Of a DNA stretch of 64,000 nucleotides, positions 34,984 through 46,012 are shown one piece after another. The notes beneath the pieces are model-generated. The model worked only from the letters and a program-made list of their open reading frames with translations. It ran no database searches and was not told where the DNA came from. This stretch comes from an uncultured Ruegeria sp. (GTDB lineage: Bacteria > Pseudomonadota > Alphaproteobacteria > Rhodobacterales > Rhodobacteraceae), in contig NZ_CANMQQ010000004.1 of the NCBI RefSeq assembly GCF_947500045.1, forward strand, positions 243,128-307,127. Reading direction: 5' to 3'. A program made the translations under genes and the position numbers. The first letter of the stretch is position 1, and every line of letters begins with the position of its first letter.

Positions 34984-36077
34984 GCGCTCACGACCGAGCC
35001 CGCATCCCCGTCGGTGACAACCAGCGTTTGGGCCCGATCCCCCAGTTCCGCAAACAGCTCAGGCCCGGTGCCCGTCATCCAGGCCTGAGCGCCCAGTGCG
35101 CAGATCTCGTCATAAAGTGCGGCGCGCCGTCCGGCATCCAAATGCGCGGCCACCTCATCCAACAACACAATCGGAGGCGCGCCCACCAACCCGGCCAACG
35201 CCCGTGCATTCGACAGGATCAAGGACACCAGCAGCGCCTTCTGCTCGCCCGTTGAACAATCCTTGGCCGGAACGCCTTTGGCTGCAAAAACCCCATACAG
35301 GTCCGACCGATGCGGCCCTACCAGAGTACGCCCTGCAGCCAGATCCCGAAACCGGCTTTCGTTCAGCGCCTCGCGCAGATCGCCCGCTGTCTCTGGCATC
35401 GCGCCTTCAGTTTGCACCAGTTCCAGCTCTGCCGAAGGAAAAGCCGTTTCTGCCTGGTTTTGTGCCGCGCGCAGATGGTCCAGCGCAGCAAGGCGTGCGG
35501 TATGGATGCGGCTCCCCATTTCGGCCATCTGACCTTCCAATGCCGCATACCAATGGGCGTCCCGGACCTGCTCTTTCAACAGCCGGTTACGCTCGCGCAT
35601 TGCCTTTTCATACGTCAACGAGGCTTCAGCATGAGACGGATCAAAACTCAGCGTTATCCGGTCCAAGAACCGACGTCGCCCCTCGGCCCCCTCAATCCAC
35701 AATCGGTCCATTGAAGGGATCAGCCAGACCACCCGCGCCAGCTTGCCCAACTCGATCTGATTTGAAGCTTTGTCGTCAATCCGAACCTGACGCGCAGCCC
35801 CGTCTTCCGACCATGTTTCGATCTCATAATTCTGCCCCTGCACGTTCAACAGCCCGGACAGTTTCCAGCCCAGCGCCTCAGGGCGCCGGGTCATCTCGGC
35901 CGCACTTGCCCTCCGCATCCCGCGCCCGGGAGAGAACAGCGATACAGCCTCAAGAATATTGGTCTTTCCAGCCCCGTTCGGGCCGTGAATCGCAATCGGC
36001 CGCCCGTCCAAGGACAATTGCGCCAGCTTGTGAGACCGAAAATGCGAAACGGTAAGCTCGGTCAGGGCCAATCTCAT
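34980..36077 (-). CDS. recF: DNA replication and repair protein RecF
   Basis: Walker A GPNGAGKTNILEA, signature STGEQKALL, Walker B VLLDEV. Confidence 0.93.
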   Translation of the reverse strand: MRLALTELTVSHFRSHKLAQLSLDGRPIAIHGPNGAGKTNILEAVSLFSPGRGMRRASAAEMTRRPEALGWKLSGLLNVQGQNYEIETWSEDGAARQVRIDDKASNQIELGKLARVVWLIPSMDRLWIEGAEGRRRFLDRITLSFDPSHAEASLTYEKAMRERNRLLKEQVRDAHWYAALEGQMAEMGSRIHTARLAALDHLRAAQNQAETAFPSAELELVQTEGAMPETAGDLREALNESRFRDLAAGRTLVGPHRSDLYGVFAAKGVPAKDCSTGEQKALLVSLILSNARALAGLVGAPPIVLLDEVAAHLDAGRRAALYDEICALGAQAWMTGTGPELFAELGDRAQTLVVTDGDAGSVVSA

Positions 36078-36136
36078 GACCCCTCCCTTCTTCTTGTCAA
36101 AAATACGGTCGCCGAAGGCATCGCGCGTCAGCGCGA

Positions 36137-37258
36137 TCAGACGCGCATCGGCATGACAACATAAACCGCGCTCTGGTCATTGCCTTCCCGCATCAAAGTC
36201 GGGTCCCCTGCCGAGTTGAACATGAACACAGCATTTTCACGATCCACCTGAGACGCGATTTCAAGCAGGTACTTTGCGTTAAAGCCGATCTCAAGCCGTT
36301 CATCCCCGTACGCAACAGCAAGCTCTTCTTCTGCCGCACCGCTATCCGGCGCATTCACCGAAAGAACCAGCTTATCCGCATCCAGTTGCAGTTTCACCGC
36401 GCGGGACCGTTCCGACGAAACCGTCGCTACCCGATCCACGGCCTGTGCAAACTCGGCGGCGTCCACTTCCAGTTTGCGCGTATTTCCTTGCGGGATGACG
36501 CGGGTGTAATCCGGGAACGTCCCGTCGATTACCTTCGAGGTCAGCGTGATGTCGGGTGTCGCGAACCGCACCTTGGTTTCGCTGACGGATACAGCAATAT
36601 CCATCTCATCATCGTCCAGCAGTTTGCGCAGTTCGCCAACGGTCTTGCGCGGCACGATTACGCCGGGCATATCCGCCGCACCATCAGGCAAATCCGCATC
36701 AATGCGCGCCAAACGGTGCCCGTCGGTGGCCACGCAGCGCAGCACCTTGCCGCCCTCAGAGCCGTCCGCCACGTGCATGTAAACGCCGTTCAGATAATAC
36801 CGTGTCTCTTCAGTCGAAATCGCGAATTTCGATTTGTCGAACAACCGGCGCAGCAACGCCGCCGACGCGGTGAAATTCGAATGGTATTCTGAGGACGCCA
36901 TGACCGGGAAATCTTCTTTCGGCAGCGTTGCCAACGAAAAATTCGACCGGCCAGCTTCAACAGTCAGTCGCCCAGCCGCGCTGTCGGCGGTCAACGTCAC
37001 TAGCGCCCCGTCAGGGAGCTTGCGAACAATCTCGTGCAAGGTGGTGGCTGCAACGGTCGTCGCACCCGCCTTCTCAACCTGTGCCGGGGCTTTGTCGACA
37101 ACCTCGATATCCAGATCAGTCGCACGAAACTGCGCCTGATCCCCTTCGGCTTCGATCAGCACATTGGCCAGGATCGGAATGGTGTTGCGACGTTCCACAA
37201 CGGATTGGGCCTGCGAAACGGCCTTGAGAAGCGTGCCGCGTTCGATGCTGATCTTCAT
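36137..37258 (-). CDS. dnaN: DNA polymerase III subunit beta
   Basis: Starts MKISIERGTLLKAVSQAQSVVERRNTIPILANVLIEA and ends ...YVVMPMRV. Start set at ATG 37258. Confidence 0.95.
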   Translation of the reverse strand: MKISIERGTLLKAVSQAQSVVERRNTIPILANVLIEAEGDQAQFRATDLDIEVVDKAPAQVEKAGATTVAATTLHEIVRKLPDGALVTLTADSAAGRLTVEAGRSNFSLATLPKEDFPVMASSEYHSNFTASAALLRRLFDKSKFAISTEETRYYLNGVYMHVADGSEGGKVLRCVATDGHRLARIDADLPDGAADMPGVIVPRKTVGELRKLLDDDEMDIAVSVSETKVRFATPDITLTSKVIDGTFPDYTRVIPQGNTRKLEVDAAEFAQAVDRVATVSSERSRAVKLQLDADKLVLSVNAPDSGAAEEELAVAYGDERLEIGFNAKYLLEIASQVDRENAVFMFNSAGDPTLMREGNDQSAVYVVMPMRV

Positions 37259-37430
37259 ACCCTCAGTTCCTCTGACTTGAGTGCTACATGGGCGGGACTG
37301 GCAAGTTAGCGGTTCAGCCCTGAGGCACAAGGATTTTTTATGATTTTCTGGGTTGGTTTATTCGAACCGTCAAGGCCCGCAGGCCAACCCTTCGCCAGTT
37401 CGCCCGAAATCGTGGATTATTGCGCACATG

Positions 37431-37465
37431 AAAATGCCCCGGCCAGGCGGACACGGGGCATTTCT
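37431..37465 (-). terminator. Rho-independent terminator after dnaA
   Basis: Stem ATGCCCCG (37434-41) / CGGGGCAT (37454-61), flanked by A/T runs on both sides. Confidence 0.65.
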
Positions 37466-37479
37466 AAAGCAAACTTGGC

Positions 37480-38856
37480 TTAGGCTTCCAAGGCCCGGCG
37501 CAGCATCTCGACATCTTCTGCAATCTGACCATCGGTCAGTTTCAATTCTTCGATGCGTTTGACCCCATGCATGACCGTGGTGTGGTCACGCCCACCAAAG
37601 CGGCGGCCAATCTCAGGCAGGGACCGGCTGGTCAATTGCTTGCACAGATACATCGCCACCTGCCGCGGGCGGGCATAGGACCGCAGCCGCTTTGGGCCAA
37701 TGATGTCGCTGAGGCGAATGTTGTAGTATTCCGAGACTTTGCGCTGGATCTCTTCGACGGTGATCTTACGCTCGGACGCACGCAGCACATCGGCCAGACA
37801 ATCCTGCGTCAGCTCCATGTCGATCTCGCGCCCGACTAGCGAGGCAAAGGCAAAGAGCCGGGTCAGCGCGCCTTCCAGCACACGCACGTTGGTCGAAATA
37901 CGATGAGCGAGGAATTCCAGAACCCCATCCGAGATTGTCAGATCAGGATAGGTGGAGCTATACTGCTGAACCTTGGTCTGTAGGATGCCCAGCCGCAGCT
38001 CGTAATCGGTGGGGTGCAGGTCAACCACAAGACCGCATTGCAGGCGCGATTTTACACGATCTTCAAGATCCTTGATCTCACCCGGTGCACGATCCGCCGA
38101 AATAATGATCTGTTTGTTTTGATCGACCAGAGCGTTGAAGGTATGAAAGAACTCTTCCTGCGTCGAATCCTTGCCTGCGATAAACTGCACGTCATCCACC
38201 ATCAGAACGTCAACCGAACGGAACAGGTGCTTGAAATCCATCATGCGGCGTTCCCGCAGGGCCTGCACGAAGCGGTACATGAATTGTTCTGCCGACAGAT
38301 AAAGCACGTTCAACTCGGGATGTTTGGTCTTCAACTCCCACGCAATCGCATGCATCAGGTGAGTCTTACCAAGACCAACACCACCATATAGAACCAAGGG
38401 ATTGAAGGTTACCGGCCCGCCTTCAGAAACACGGCGCGCAGCGGCATGGGCCAACTCGTTTGGCTTGCCGACAACGAAACTGTCAAATGTGAACCGCGCA
38501 TCCAGCGGCGCGGCCTGTAGCGCGTCAAGCGCATCATGTTTTGCTTCGGTCATAACAGGCTGTGTCGCAATCTGGGGTTTTGGCGCCTCGGTCTGCGCAG
38601 GACGCGCCGGAGAATTGGCTGCGGTGCGGAAGGCCAGGCGTTTTACAGGTTCACCAGCGGTGTTCAATTCATAAAGAATAAGGTCGGCAAAATTCTGACT
38701 TACGTAGTTGCCCATAAAGTTGGTTGGCACAGAAAATACCGCCACCCCGTCCTGCAACTCCTGAAACTCCAAAGGTTCGATCCAGGTCGTGAAGTTGTTC
38801 TTTCCAACAGCCTTCATCAACTTGTTCCGCAGTTGTCCCCATTTCTCTTGTGTCAT
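37480..38856 (-). CDS. dnaA: Chromosomal replication initiator protein DnaA
   Basis: Walker A GGVGLGKTHL, box VII and sensor motifs, and C-terminal DNA-binding RFGGRDHTTVMHG. ATG 38856 is preferred. Confidence 0.95.
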   Translation of the reverse strand: MTQEKWGQLRNKLMKAVGKNNFTTWIEPLEFQELQDGVAVFSVPTNFMGNYVSQNFADLILYELNTAGEPVKRLAFRTAANSPARPAQTEAPKPQIATQPVMTEAKHDALDALQAAPLDARFTFDSFVVGKPNELAHAAARRVSEGGPVTFNPLVLYGGVGLGKTHLMHAIAWELKTKHPELNVLYLSAEQFMYRFVQALRERRMMDFKHLFRSVDVLMVDDVQFIAGKDSTQEEFFHTFNALVDQNKQIIISADRAPGEIKDLEDRVKSRLQCGLVVDLHPTDYELRLGILQTKVQQYSSTYPDLTISDGVLEFLAHRISTNVRVLEGALTRLFAFASLVGREIDMELTQDCLADVLRASERKITVEEIQRKVSEYYNIRLSDIIGPKRLRSYARPRQVAMYLCKQLTSRSLPEIGRRFGGRDHTTVMHGVKRIEELKLTDGQIAEDVEMLRRALEA

Positions 38857-39331
38857 TCGGCGCCTCACGCATCCCATTCTTTATTGGCCTGACGGCCTTA
38901 TCAAAAATAGTCCGGTTCCCCGGTTGTATTGCGTCCACCCACAAGGATACCCTGCGCCCGATCCCAGAATCTGGCGGGTACTATAAGATCAGCGCAATCC
39001 GAAACCATGTTGTCCCATGGCCGGAACGACCCAGAAAACCGGGTGGCGCGTCACAATCCAATTTTTCGACAGGGCCAAGATCATCGGAAAATCCGAGACC
39101 ATGAGCAGATCGTCGATCCGACCGAAGCCGGCTTTCGAACATTCGCCCCTGAACCCTGCTGATGCCCGTCAGTCAGATCTCAGGAACAGCCTGTCCCCCC
39201 AAGCGAGTGAATCGCTGACTAAGTCGTAGCAAGAGCCCAAGGGTTCGGGCAACGAAACTCTGATATTGACTCGGGGTTCTGGCCGAAAGAATCTCTCGGG
39301 TTCGTGAAGGCGCGGCTTTCCGGCAACAATG

Positions 39332-39362
39332 AAAAAGGCGCCGCAGTACGCGACGCCTTTTT
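39332..39362 (-). terminator. Rho-independent terminator after rpsT
   Basis: AAAAAGGCG...CGCCTTTTT hairpin 35 nt downstream of the rpsT stop, with a T-run on the minus strand. Confidence 0.7.
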
Positions 39363-39396
39363 AGCAAATCAACGCTTGACGCGTTTTCCCGAAGAA

Positions 39397-39660
39397 TCAG
39401 CCCAGCGCTTTGACGCGCGCCGACAGGCGCGACATTTTGCGAGACGCTGTGTTCTTGTGGAAGACACCCTTGGTGACGCCGCGCATCAACTCAGGCTGAG
39501 CGGCGCGCAGGGCTGCGGTGGCCGCGTCCTTGTCACCGGATTCGATTGCTTCTTCAACTTTGCGCAGATAGGTGCGAATGCGCGAACGACGTGCTTTGTT
39601 AACAGCGAAGCGCTTTTCGTTCTGACGCGCGCGTTTTTTTGCCTGGGGCGAGTTAGCCAT
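39397..39660 (-). CDS. rpsT: 30S ribosomal protein S20
   Basis: [30 protein letters not shown]. Confidence 0.93.
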   Translation of the reverse strand: MANSPQAKKRARQNEKRFAVNKARRSRIRTYLRKVEEAIESGDKDAATAALRAAQPELMRGVTKGVFHKNTASRKMSRLSARVKALG

Positions 39661-39840
39661 GTGTCTCTGACCTTTGTTCGGTACGTTTATCTAGGGTTGC
39701 GCGCCACGGGATTATCCGCACCAGATCGAGATCACGAATGTGAATCGGGCCAGAGCGGGCCGCACGCGCATGTATGACGGCGGTCTCTAACTAAGTTTTC
39801 GGACTTTGCCAAGCTGATTCTCGCATTCGGTTCGCGGCAC

Positions 39841-39867
39841 GAAAAAGGGCGGGACTTGCCCGCCCAT
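39841..39867 (-). terminator. Rho-independent terminator after the enoyl-CoA hydratase gene
   Basis: The minus strand reads GGGCGGGC-AAGT-CCCGCCC followed by TTTTTC. Confidence 0.8.
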
Positions 39868-39887
39868 CTTACGACACGTTTCGCGCT

Positions 39888-40664
39888 TTACTTGTCGCGG
39901 AATTGCGCCGCGCGTTTTTCCAGAAATGCCGCCATGCCTTCTTTCTGGTCTTCCGTCGCAAACATCGAATGGAAAACCCGGCGCTCAAACAGCATGCCTT
40001 CGCTCAGCGGCAACTCGTAGCTGCGGTTCACAGCTTCTTTGGCCGCGATCGCCGTGATCTGTGATTTCTCAGCAATCTTCTGCGCTGCACTTGTTGCTTC
40101 TTCGATCAGCTTTTTGGCTGGCACAACCCGGCTGACCAGTCCGGCACGCTCAGCTTCTTCGGCGTCCATGAACCGACCTGTCAGGTTCATGTCCATCGAT
40201 TTGGACTTTCCGACAAAGCGGGTCAGGCGCTGGCTGCCACCCAGCCCGGCAATGACACCCAGATTGATCTCGGGTTGGCCAAACTTGGCCGTATCAGCGG
40301 CGATAATAAAATCGCACAGCATCGCCAGTTCACACCCACCGCCCAGCGCGTATCCGCAAACAGCAGCGATGATCGGTTTGCGAATGGCCGTGATCCGGTC
40401 ATTTGCATCCGCAAACAGGTTGATGTTGAACACATCGACATAAGTCATCTCGGACATCTCTTTGATGTCCGCGCCCGCAGCAAAAGCCTTGTCCGAGCCG
40501 GTGATGACGATGCAACGCACCTTGTCATTGCCGTCCGCATCTTCCAGCGCGTCGCACAATTCACCCAGCAATTGGGTGTTCAGTGCATTCATCGCGTCGG
40601 GTCTATTGAGCTTGATAAGGGCGACGTGGTCTTCGATTTCGACGATGATCGTCTCAAAAGCCAT
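39888..40664 (-). CDS. Enoyl-CoA hydratase (crotonase family)
   Basis: [21 protein letters not shown] and [12 protein letters not shown] motifs. Confidence 0.9.
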   Translation of the reverse strand: MAFETIIVEIEDHVALIKLNRPDAMNALNTQLLGELCDALEDADGNDKVRCIVITGSDKAFAAGADIKEMSEMTYVDVFNINLFADANDRITAIRKPIIAAVCGYALGGGCELAMLCDFIIAADTAKFGQPEINLGVIAGLGGSQRLTRFVGKSKSMDMNLTGRFMDAEEAERAGLVSRVVPAKKLIEEATSAAQKIAEKSQITAIAAKEAVNRSYELPLSEGMLFERRVFHSMFATEDQKEGMAAFLEKRAAQFRDK

Positions 40665-40730
40665 GAGGTGTAAGCTTCCGGTTGTTCCGTTCAGATACGA
40701 TTCCTTATCACGCGGTTTCGCTGGATCAAG

Positions 40731-41582
40731 CTATCTTTGGCATTGCGCACAATAGAAGGATGAGCGACCGGACTGGGTGATTCTCTTGATTTCACCGCCA
40801 CACCCTTCGGTCCTGCAGGGCTCGCCCTCGCGTCCGTAGACATCAAAGCTGTGCTGAAAATACCCAAGTTCTCCATCGGCTTGGCGGAAATCGCGCAGGG
40901 ATGAACCACCCGCCTCAATGGCCTCTTGCAACACCTGCCGAATGATCGGCACCAGCGCGGCGATACGCGGCACAGAAATCTGCCCGGCTTTGCGACGTGG
41001 CGACACCTTGCCGCGATAAAGAGCCTCGCAGACATAGATATTTCCCAAACCGGCAACGATTCCCTGATCCAAAAGCGCCGATTTGACCGGGGTGTTCTTA
41101 CCTTTGAACGCATCGATCAGGTGCTGCTCGTGAAAATCATTGCCCAGTGGTTCAGGCCCAAGAACCGTCAGCAGCTTGTGATCTTCAGCCGTTGCTGTCG
41201 ACAACAGGTCCATCGCCCCGAATCGGCGCGGGTCGTTGAACGTGATGCGCGCGCCATTGGCCATGTGAAAGATGACGTGGTCGTGTTTTTGCTTCGCTGG
41301 ATGGTCATGCACGAATTGACCCAGCGGATCACCCGAGACCGTCATCCGTCCGGACATGCCCAGGTGAATCAGCAACGTCTCACCACTGCTCAAATCGGCA
41401 AGGATGTATTTCGACCTCCGTCGCAGCCGGTCTACCCGCTGTCCCGTCAGACGCTTTGCCATGCGATCCGGGAACGGCCAGCGTAAATCGGGTCGATTCA
41501 CTTCCGCCCGCTCGATCACTACGCCCTCCATCGCTGGACACAGGCCGCGTCTTACTGTCTCGACCTCGGGCAATTCGGGCAT
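40731..41582 (-). CDS. mutM: Formamidopyrimidine-DNA glycosylase
   Basis: N-terminus [14 protein letters not shown] and a C-terminal zinc finger [27 protein letters not shown]. Start verified at 41582. Confidence 0.92.
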   Translation of the reverse strand: MPELPEVETVRRGLCPAMEGVVIERAEVNRPDLRWPFPDRMAKRLTGQRVDRLRRRSKYILADLSSGETLLIHLGMSGRMTVSGDPLGQFVHDHPAKQKHDHVIFHMANGARITFNDPRRFGAMDLLSTATAEDHKLLTVLGPEPLGNDFHEQHLIDAFKGKNTPVKSALLDQGIVAGLGNIYVCEALYRGKVSPRRKAGQISVPRIAALVPIIRQVLQEAIEAGGSSLRDFRQADGELGYFQHSFDVYGREGEPCRTEGCGGEIKRITQSGRSSFYCAQCQR

Positions 41583-41668
41583 TACATGGCTCCTATTCCA
41601 AAGGGCCGCATTGTGCCCACCTCTTATGGCCTTATAACAGAGGCGAAATTCGACGAACGGCAAGGCAA

Positions 41669-42421
41669 ATGTCCGATAACAGTGACAAGACCACTCATTT
41701 TGGGTTCGAAACCGTACGCGAGGCCGATAAGGCCGGGCGTGTGCAGGGCGTGTTCAATTCGGTCGCCTCAAAATATGACGTGATGAATGATGTCATGTCG
41801 ATGGGCATTCACCGGGTCTGGAAGGATGTGATGATGGATTGGCTCGCCCCGCGTCCCGGCCAGCGGCTACTGGACGTCGCTGGCGGCACAGGGGACATTT
41901 CATTCCGGTTTCTCAAGCGCGCAGGTCACGGCCACGCCACTGTTCTGGATCTGACCGAACCGATGCTGGTCGAAGGACGCCAACGCGCCGAGGCGGACCA
42001 GATGTCCGACAGCCTGAACTGGGTGGTGGGTGATGCAATGTCTCTACCGTTCGAGGATAACACCTTCGACGTCTACACCATCTCGTTCGGCATCCGGAAC
42101 GTGACCCGCCCGCAAGAGGCCCTGAATGAGGCCTTTCGCGTGCTGAAACCCGGCGGCCGCCTGATGGTGCTGGAATTCAGCCAGTTGCCCAATGACGGGC
42201 TGCAAAAGCTGTATGACCTCTACAGCTTCAACGTCATCCCCCGCATGGGAAAGCTGATCGCCAATGATTACGACAGTTATCAGTACCTGGTCGAATCGAT
42301 CCGCAATTTTCCTGATCAAGAGACATTCCTGAATATGGTCCGGACCGCTGGGTTCGAAAACGCCAAGTATCGCAACTTGAGCATGGGCATTGCCGCATTG
42401 CATTCCGGCTGGAAAATCTAG
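41669..42421 (+). CDS. ubiE: Ubiquinone/menaquinone biosynthesis C-methyltransferase UbiE
   Basis: THFGFETV...[25 protein letters not shown]...[10 protein letters not shown]. Confidence 0.92.
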   Translation: MSDNSDKTTHFGFETVREADKAGRVQGVFNSVASKYDVMNDVMSMGIHRVWKDVMMDWLAPRPGQRLLDVAGGTGDISFRFLKRAGHGHATVLDLTEPMLVEGRQRAEADQMSDSLNWVVGDAMSLPFEDNTFDVYTISFGIRNVTRPQEALNEAFRVLKPGGRLMVLEFSQLPNDGLQKLYDLYSFNVIPRMGKLIANDYDSYQYLVESIRNFPDQETFLNMVRTAGFENAKYRNLSMGIAALHSGWKI

Positions 42422-43951
42422 ATGCGCGGCCCTCATAACATCATTCGCCTGATCCGCACAGGCGCCACTTTGGAACGCACTGGCGCAATGAATGTCGTAC
42501 TGGACGCGTTCGAGGCCCCCCGTGCGCTGCGCATCCTGGCGCATACGCTGGGCAAACCCTTCCAGTGGTTGGGGTATAAGGGCGATCCCGACATGCCACC
42601 CGCGACTCGTGCCCTGACGGCGCTTGGTCCGGCCTATATCAAGTTTGGACAGATCCTTTCGACCCGTCCCGACGTGGTCGGGGACGAATTGGCCGAACAG
42701 CTGCGCGTGCTGCAAGACAAATTGCCTCCATTCTCCAAGGCCGAGGCCATAGCAGAAGTCGAAAAGGAATTGGGCCAGCCCGTCTCCGAGATGTTCAGTG
42801 AGTTCAGCGAGCCCATCGCCGCTGCGTCGATCGCTCAGGTCCACAAGGCCAAGCTGGTCAGCACCCAGGAAGATGTTGCGGTCAAAGTTCTGCGCCCGGG
42901 CATCGAACGTGCCTTCCGCAAGGACGTTGACGCCTTCTATTTTGCCGCCCGAATCGTCGATCTGTTCGCACCTGGCGCGCGCCGCCTGCGCCCCATGGAG
43001 GTGATTGAGCATTTCGACGGAGTCGTCCGAGGAGAGCTTGACCTGCGCCTCGAAAGCGCCGCTGCCTCGGAATATGCCGCCAACACCAAGGACGATGCCG
43101 GATTCTGGTTGCCACCCGTGGTGTGGTCCCTTTCCGCGCGCCGGGTGATGACGCTCAGCTGGGCCGATGGCATCCCGCTGGGCGACAATACCGCCTTGGA
43201 TGCTGCAGGGCACAACCGCAGCGATCTGGCGGAACGCGTCCTGCGGTTGTTTCTGCTGCACGCCCTGCGTGATGGCTATTTCCATGCTGACATGCACCAG
43301 GGCAACCTCAAGGTTGCCGCGAACGGGGACATCATCGCCTATGATTACGGCATCATGGGCCATATCGACGAATACACACGCCGGGTCTATGCCGAGATTC
43401 TCTTTGGCTTCATCCGCCGCGATTACAAGCGCGTGGCCGAAGTACATTTCGAGGCAGGGTATGTTCCTGCCAATCAGGACGTGGACGAATTCGCCCGCGC
43501 CCTGCGCGCGGTGGGCGAGCCGATCTTCGGCATGGATGCCGCCCATATTTCAATGGGTCGGCTTCTGAGTTACCTTTTCGAAGTCACCGAACGCTTTGGT
43601 ATGGAGACCCGGACAGAACTTATCCTTCTGCAACGCACAATGGTGGTCGTGGAAGGCGTCGCCCGATCACTTGACGATCACATGAATATCTGGGAAGTCG
43701 CCCGCCCCGTCGTCGAGGACTATATCAAGCAGTCCATAGGCCCCCGCGCGGCCTTGCGGGACTTCGGCAAGACGGCCATGGTATTGGCCCGTTTTGGCCC
43801 ACGCCTGCCAACACTTGTCGAAAACGCCCTAATGGCGCAAACCGGGAAAGATGATCAACAGACATCCGGCAAAATTGCCATGCTGCTGCCTGCCGCCATT
43901 GGTGCTGCCGCCGGAATAGCAGCCACTCTTGCCGCTATGACGTTCGGCTGA
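42422..43951 (+). CDS. ubiB: Ubiquinone biosynthesis regulatory kinase-like protein UbiB (ABC1/ADCK family)
   Basis: LGPAYIKFGQILSTRPDVVG, AAASIAQVHKA and FHADMHQGNL motifs. The start abuts the ubiE stop. Confidence 0.92.
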   Translation: MRGPHNIIRLIRTGATLERTGAMNVVLDAFEAPRALRILAHTLGKPFQWLGYKGDPDMPPATRALTALGPAYIKFGQILSTRPDVVGDELAEQLRVLQDKLPPFSKAEAIAEVEKELGQPVSEMFSEFSEPIAAASIAQVHKAKLVSTQEDVAVKVLRPGIERAFRKDVDAFYFAARIVDLFAPGARRLRPMEVIEHFDGVVRGELDLRLESAAASEYAANTKDDAGFWLPPVVWSLSARRVMTLSWADGIPLGDNTALDAAGHNRSDLAERVLRLFLLHALRDGYFHADMHQGNLKVAANGDIIAYDYGIMGHIDEYTRRVYAEILFGFIRRDYKRVAEVHFEAGYVPANQDVDEFARALRAVGEPIFGMDAAHISMGRLLSYLFEVTERFGMETRTELILLQRTMVVVEGVARSLDDHMNIWEVARPVVEDYIKQSIGPRAALRDFGKTAMVLARFGPRLPTLVENALMAQTGKDDQQTSGKIAMLLPAAIGAAAGIAATLAAMTFG

Positions 43952-44046
43952 CGTCAATCCGCCTGCTTCATCTGGCTTTAAATATCTTCGGGGGGATCGC
44001 GCCAAAAGCGCGATGGGGGGCAGACAGCCCCCCTACAAGGTTTCAA

Positions 44047-45222
44047 TCAGAGCCGCTCGATGGCAATGGCAATCCCCTGTCCGCCCCCTATACACATGGT
44101 AATCAGCGCCTTGGACCCGCCGATGCGCTCCAGCTCGTACAGTGCTTTTAAGGTTATGATTGCCCCGGTTGCCCCGACGGGATGCCCCAGAGCTATTGCG
44201 CCGCCATTCGGATTGACCTTGGTTGCGTCCAAGCCAAGCTCTTGATTTACGGCCAGCGCCTGCGCAGCAAAGGCCTCATTGCTTTCGATCACATCGAAAT
44301 CAGCCGCTGACAATCCGGTCTTCTTGAACAGGTTCTGCACCGCCGGAACCGGCCCGATCCCCATGACCTCTGGGCGCACGCCAGCATGGGCATATCCCAA
44401 AATCTGCGCCTTTGGCTTCAATCCGGCCTTTTCTGCCGCGTCTGCCGTCGCCAAGACCATCGCCGCAGCCCCGTCGTTGATACCCGAAGCATTGCCCGCC
44501 GTGACGCGCCCGTCTTTCTTAAACACCGCGCGAAGGCCAGCCAGCGCTTTTGCGGTTGTGGCCTTTGGATGCTCATCCACTTTGAAGTCGACCATCTCGC
44601 GTTTGATCTTTACCTGCACAGGCACGATCTGGCTTTCGAAGTATCCGGCTTCGATCGCTGCCGCCGCTCGTGTCTGGCTGCTCATCGCAAACGCATCCAT
44701 CTGCTCACGGCTGATCTGATGTTCGTCGGCCACATTCTCAGCCGTCACGCCCATATGACCGGTTCCGAACGGGCAATTCAGCGCGCCCAGCATCATGTCG
44801 AGCGAGGTGACATCACCCATCTTAGCCCCCCATCTAGCCTGCGGCACGATATAGGGGCTGCGCGACATGCTCTCGGCGCCCCCGGCGATGGCGAAGTCAG
44901 CATCCCCCAGCATCAGGGATTGCATTGCCGACACGATCGCCTGCGCACCCGATCCACATAAACGGTTCACGTTCATCGCCGGTGTCCCGTTCGGAATCCC
45001 CGCTTGCATCGCGGCAACGCGCGAAAGGTACATGTCGCGCGGCTCGGTGTTAATCACATGACCGAACACCACGTGCCCGATCTGCCCACCCTCGACACCC
45101 GACCGTTCAAGCGCGGCTTCGGTTGCGACGGTTGCCAGATCAATCGGCGCGGTCGAGGCCAGCGCACCACCAAATGTACCGATGGCCGTACGCGCACCAT
45201 CCAGAATAACGATATCGGTCAT
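44047..45222 (-). CDS. Acetyl-CoA C-acetyltransferase (thiolase II)
   Basis: VNRLCGSG (active-site Cys), NEAFAAQ, and GHPVGATG...CIGGGQG. Confidence 0.93.
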   Translation of the reverse strand: MTDIVILDGARTAIGTFGGALASTAPIDLATVATEAALERSGVEGGQIGHVVFGHVINTEPRDMYLSRVAAMQAGIPNGTPAMNVNRLCGSGAQAIVSAMQSLMLGDADFAIAGGAESMSRSPYIVPQARWGAKMGDVTSLDMMLGALNCPFGTGHMGVTAENVADEHQISREQMDAFAMSSQTRAAAAIEAGYFESQIVPVQVKIKREMVDFKVDEHPKATTAKALAGLRAVFKKDGRVTAGNASGINDGAAAMVLATADAAEKAGLKPKAQILGYAHAGVRPEVMGIGPVPAVQNLFKKTGLSAADFDVIESNEAFAAQALAVNQELGLDATKVNPNGGAIALGHPVGATGAIITLKALYELERIGGSKALITMCIGGGQGIAIAIERL

Positions 45223-45339
45223 GGATCACTCCTCCTGAGGTTGGCGGCAGTATGCACTCGCAGAAACCCTCTGTCGCCTGAGACGTCCCGTCACAGACGG
45301 AATTGACAATTGCATGTACAACACGCATGAAATTCCGTC

Positions 45340-45903
45340 ATGACGGACAAAACGGACGATATCCTGACACGCCTCCCCGCACGCCTGAAAGAGGCGCGCC
45401 GGGCCCAAGGCCTGTCCCTTGAAGCGGTCGCGAACCTCAGTGGTGTATCGCGCTCCATGGTCAGCCAGATCGAGCGGGGTGAAAGCAGCCCCACAATCTC
45501 GACCTTGTGGAATCTGACGCGCGCTCTGCAGGTGGATTTTGCCGGGTTGTTGGAGGACTCCAAAACTGCTGACCAGATTGAAGTCCTTAGAAACTCCGAG
45601 GTGCCCAGCATCGACAACATGGGCGAACGCTGCCGAATCCGCATCCTTTCTCCACCGGAAGAGGCTGGCGGCCACGAGGTTTATGATATCCAGCTCGATC
45701 AGGGCGGTGCCCTGAACAGCCAACCGCATGCGCGCGGTGCACAGGAACAGTTGACTGTGTTGGAAGGTGCGGTGCGTGTCACCTCCGGCACGGCTGTGTC
45801 CGAGTTGAGACAAGGGGACACCGCCCGGTACGCCGCTGACGTGGTACATTCCATTTCTGCCAGAGCCCCGGCACGGGTCTTCCTGATCGTGAAAAACGCT
45901 TAA
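45340..45903 (+). CDS. XRE-family HTH / cupin-domain transcriptional regulator
   Basis: N-terminal HTH ([41 protein letters not shown]) and a C-terminal cupin-like beta region. Confidence 0.85.
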   Translation: MTDKTDDILTRLPARLKEARRAQGLSLEAVANLSGVSRSMVSQIERGESSPTISTLWNLTRALQVDFAGLLEDSKTADQIEVLRNSEVPSIDNMGERCRIRILSPPEEAGGHEVYDIQLDQGGALNSQPHARGAQEQLTVLEGAVRVTSGTAVSELRQGDTARYAADVVHSISARAPARVFLIVKNA

Positions 45904-46012
45904 GTTCGGCGATATTCCGCCTTCACGGAAATTTTTCCGTAATTCTGTAAATCCCCTATTTGGGAATTTCATCCGTTATGTTAGATACGCGACTCAGAGC
46001 AAGGAGATCGCC

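Noticed and set aside
35096-36055. 319-aa plus-strand ORF
   Set aside because: It is antisense to recF and has Pro/Arg/Ser-rich junk composition.
38857-39396. Calling this spacer oriC
   Set aside because: I could not find a cluster of consensus DnaA boxes or an AT-rich unwinding element by eye, so it is left as an open question in the findings rather than annotated as a feature.
42044-43546. 500-aa ORF on the minus strand
   Set aside because: It lies entirely antisense to the well-supported ubiB gene. Its Arg/Gly/Ala/His-rich, motif-free translation is typical of shadow ORFs in high-GC DNA.
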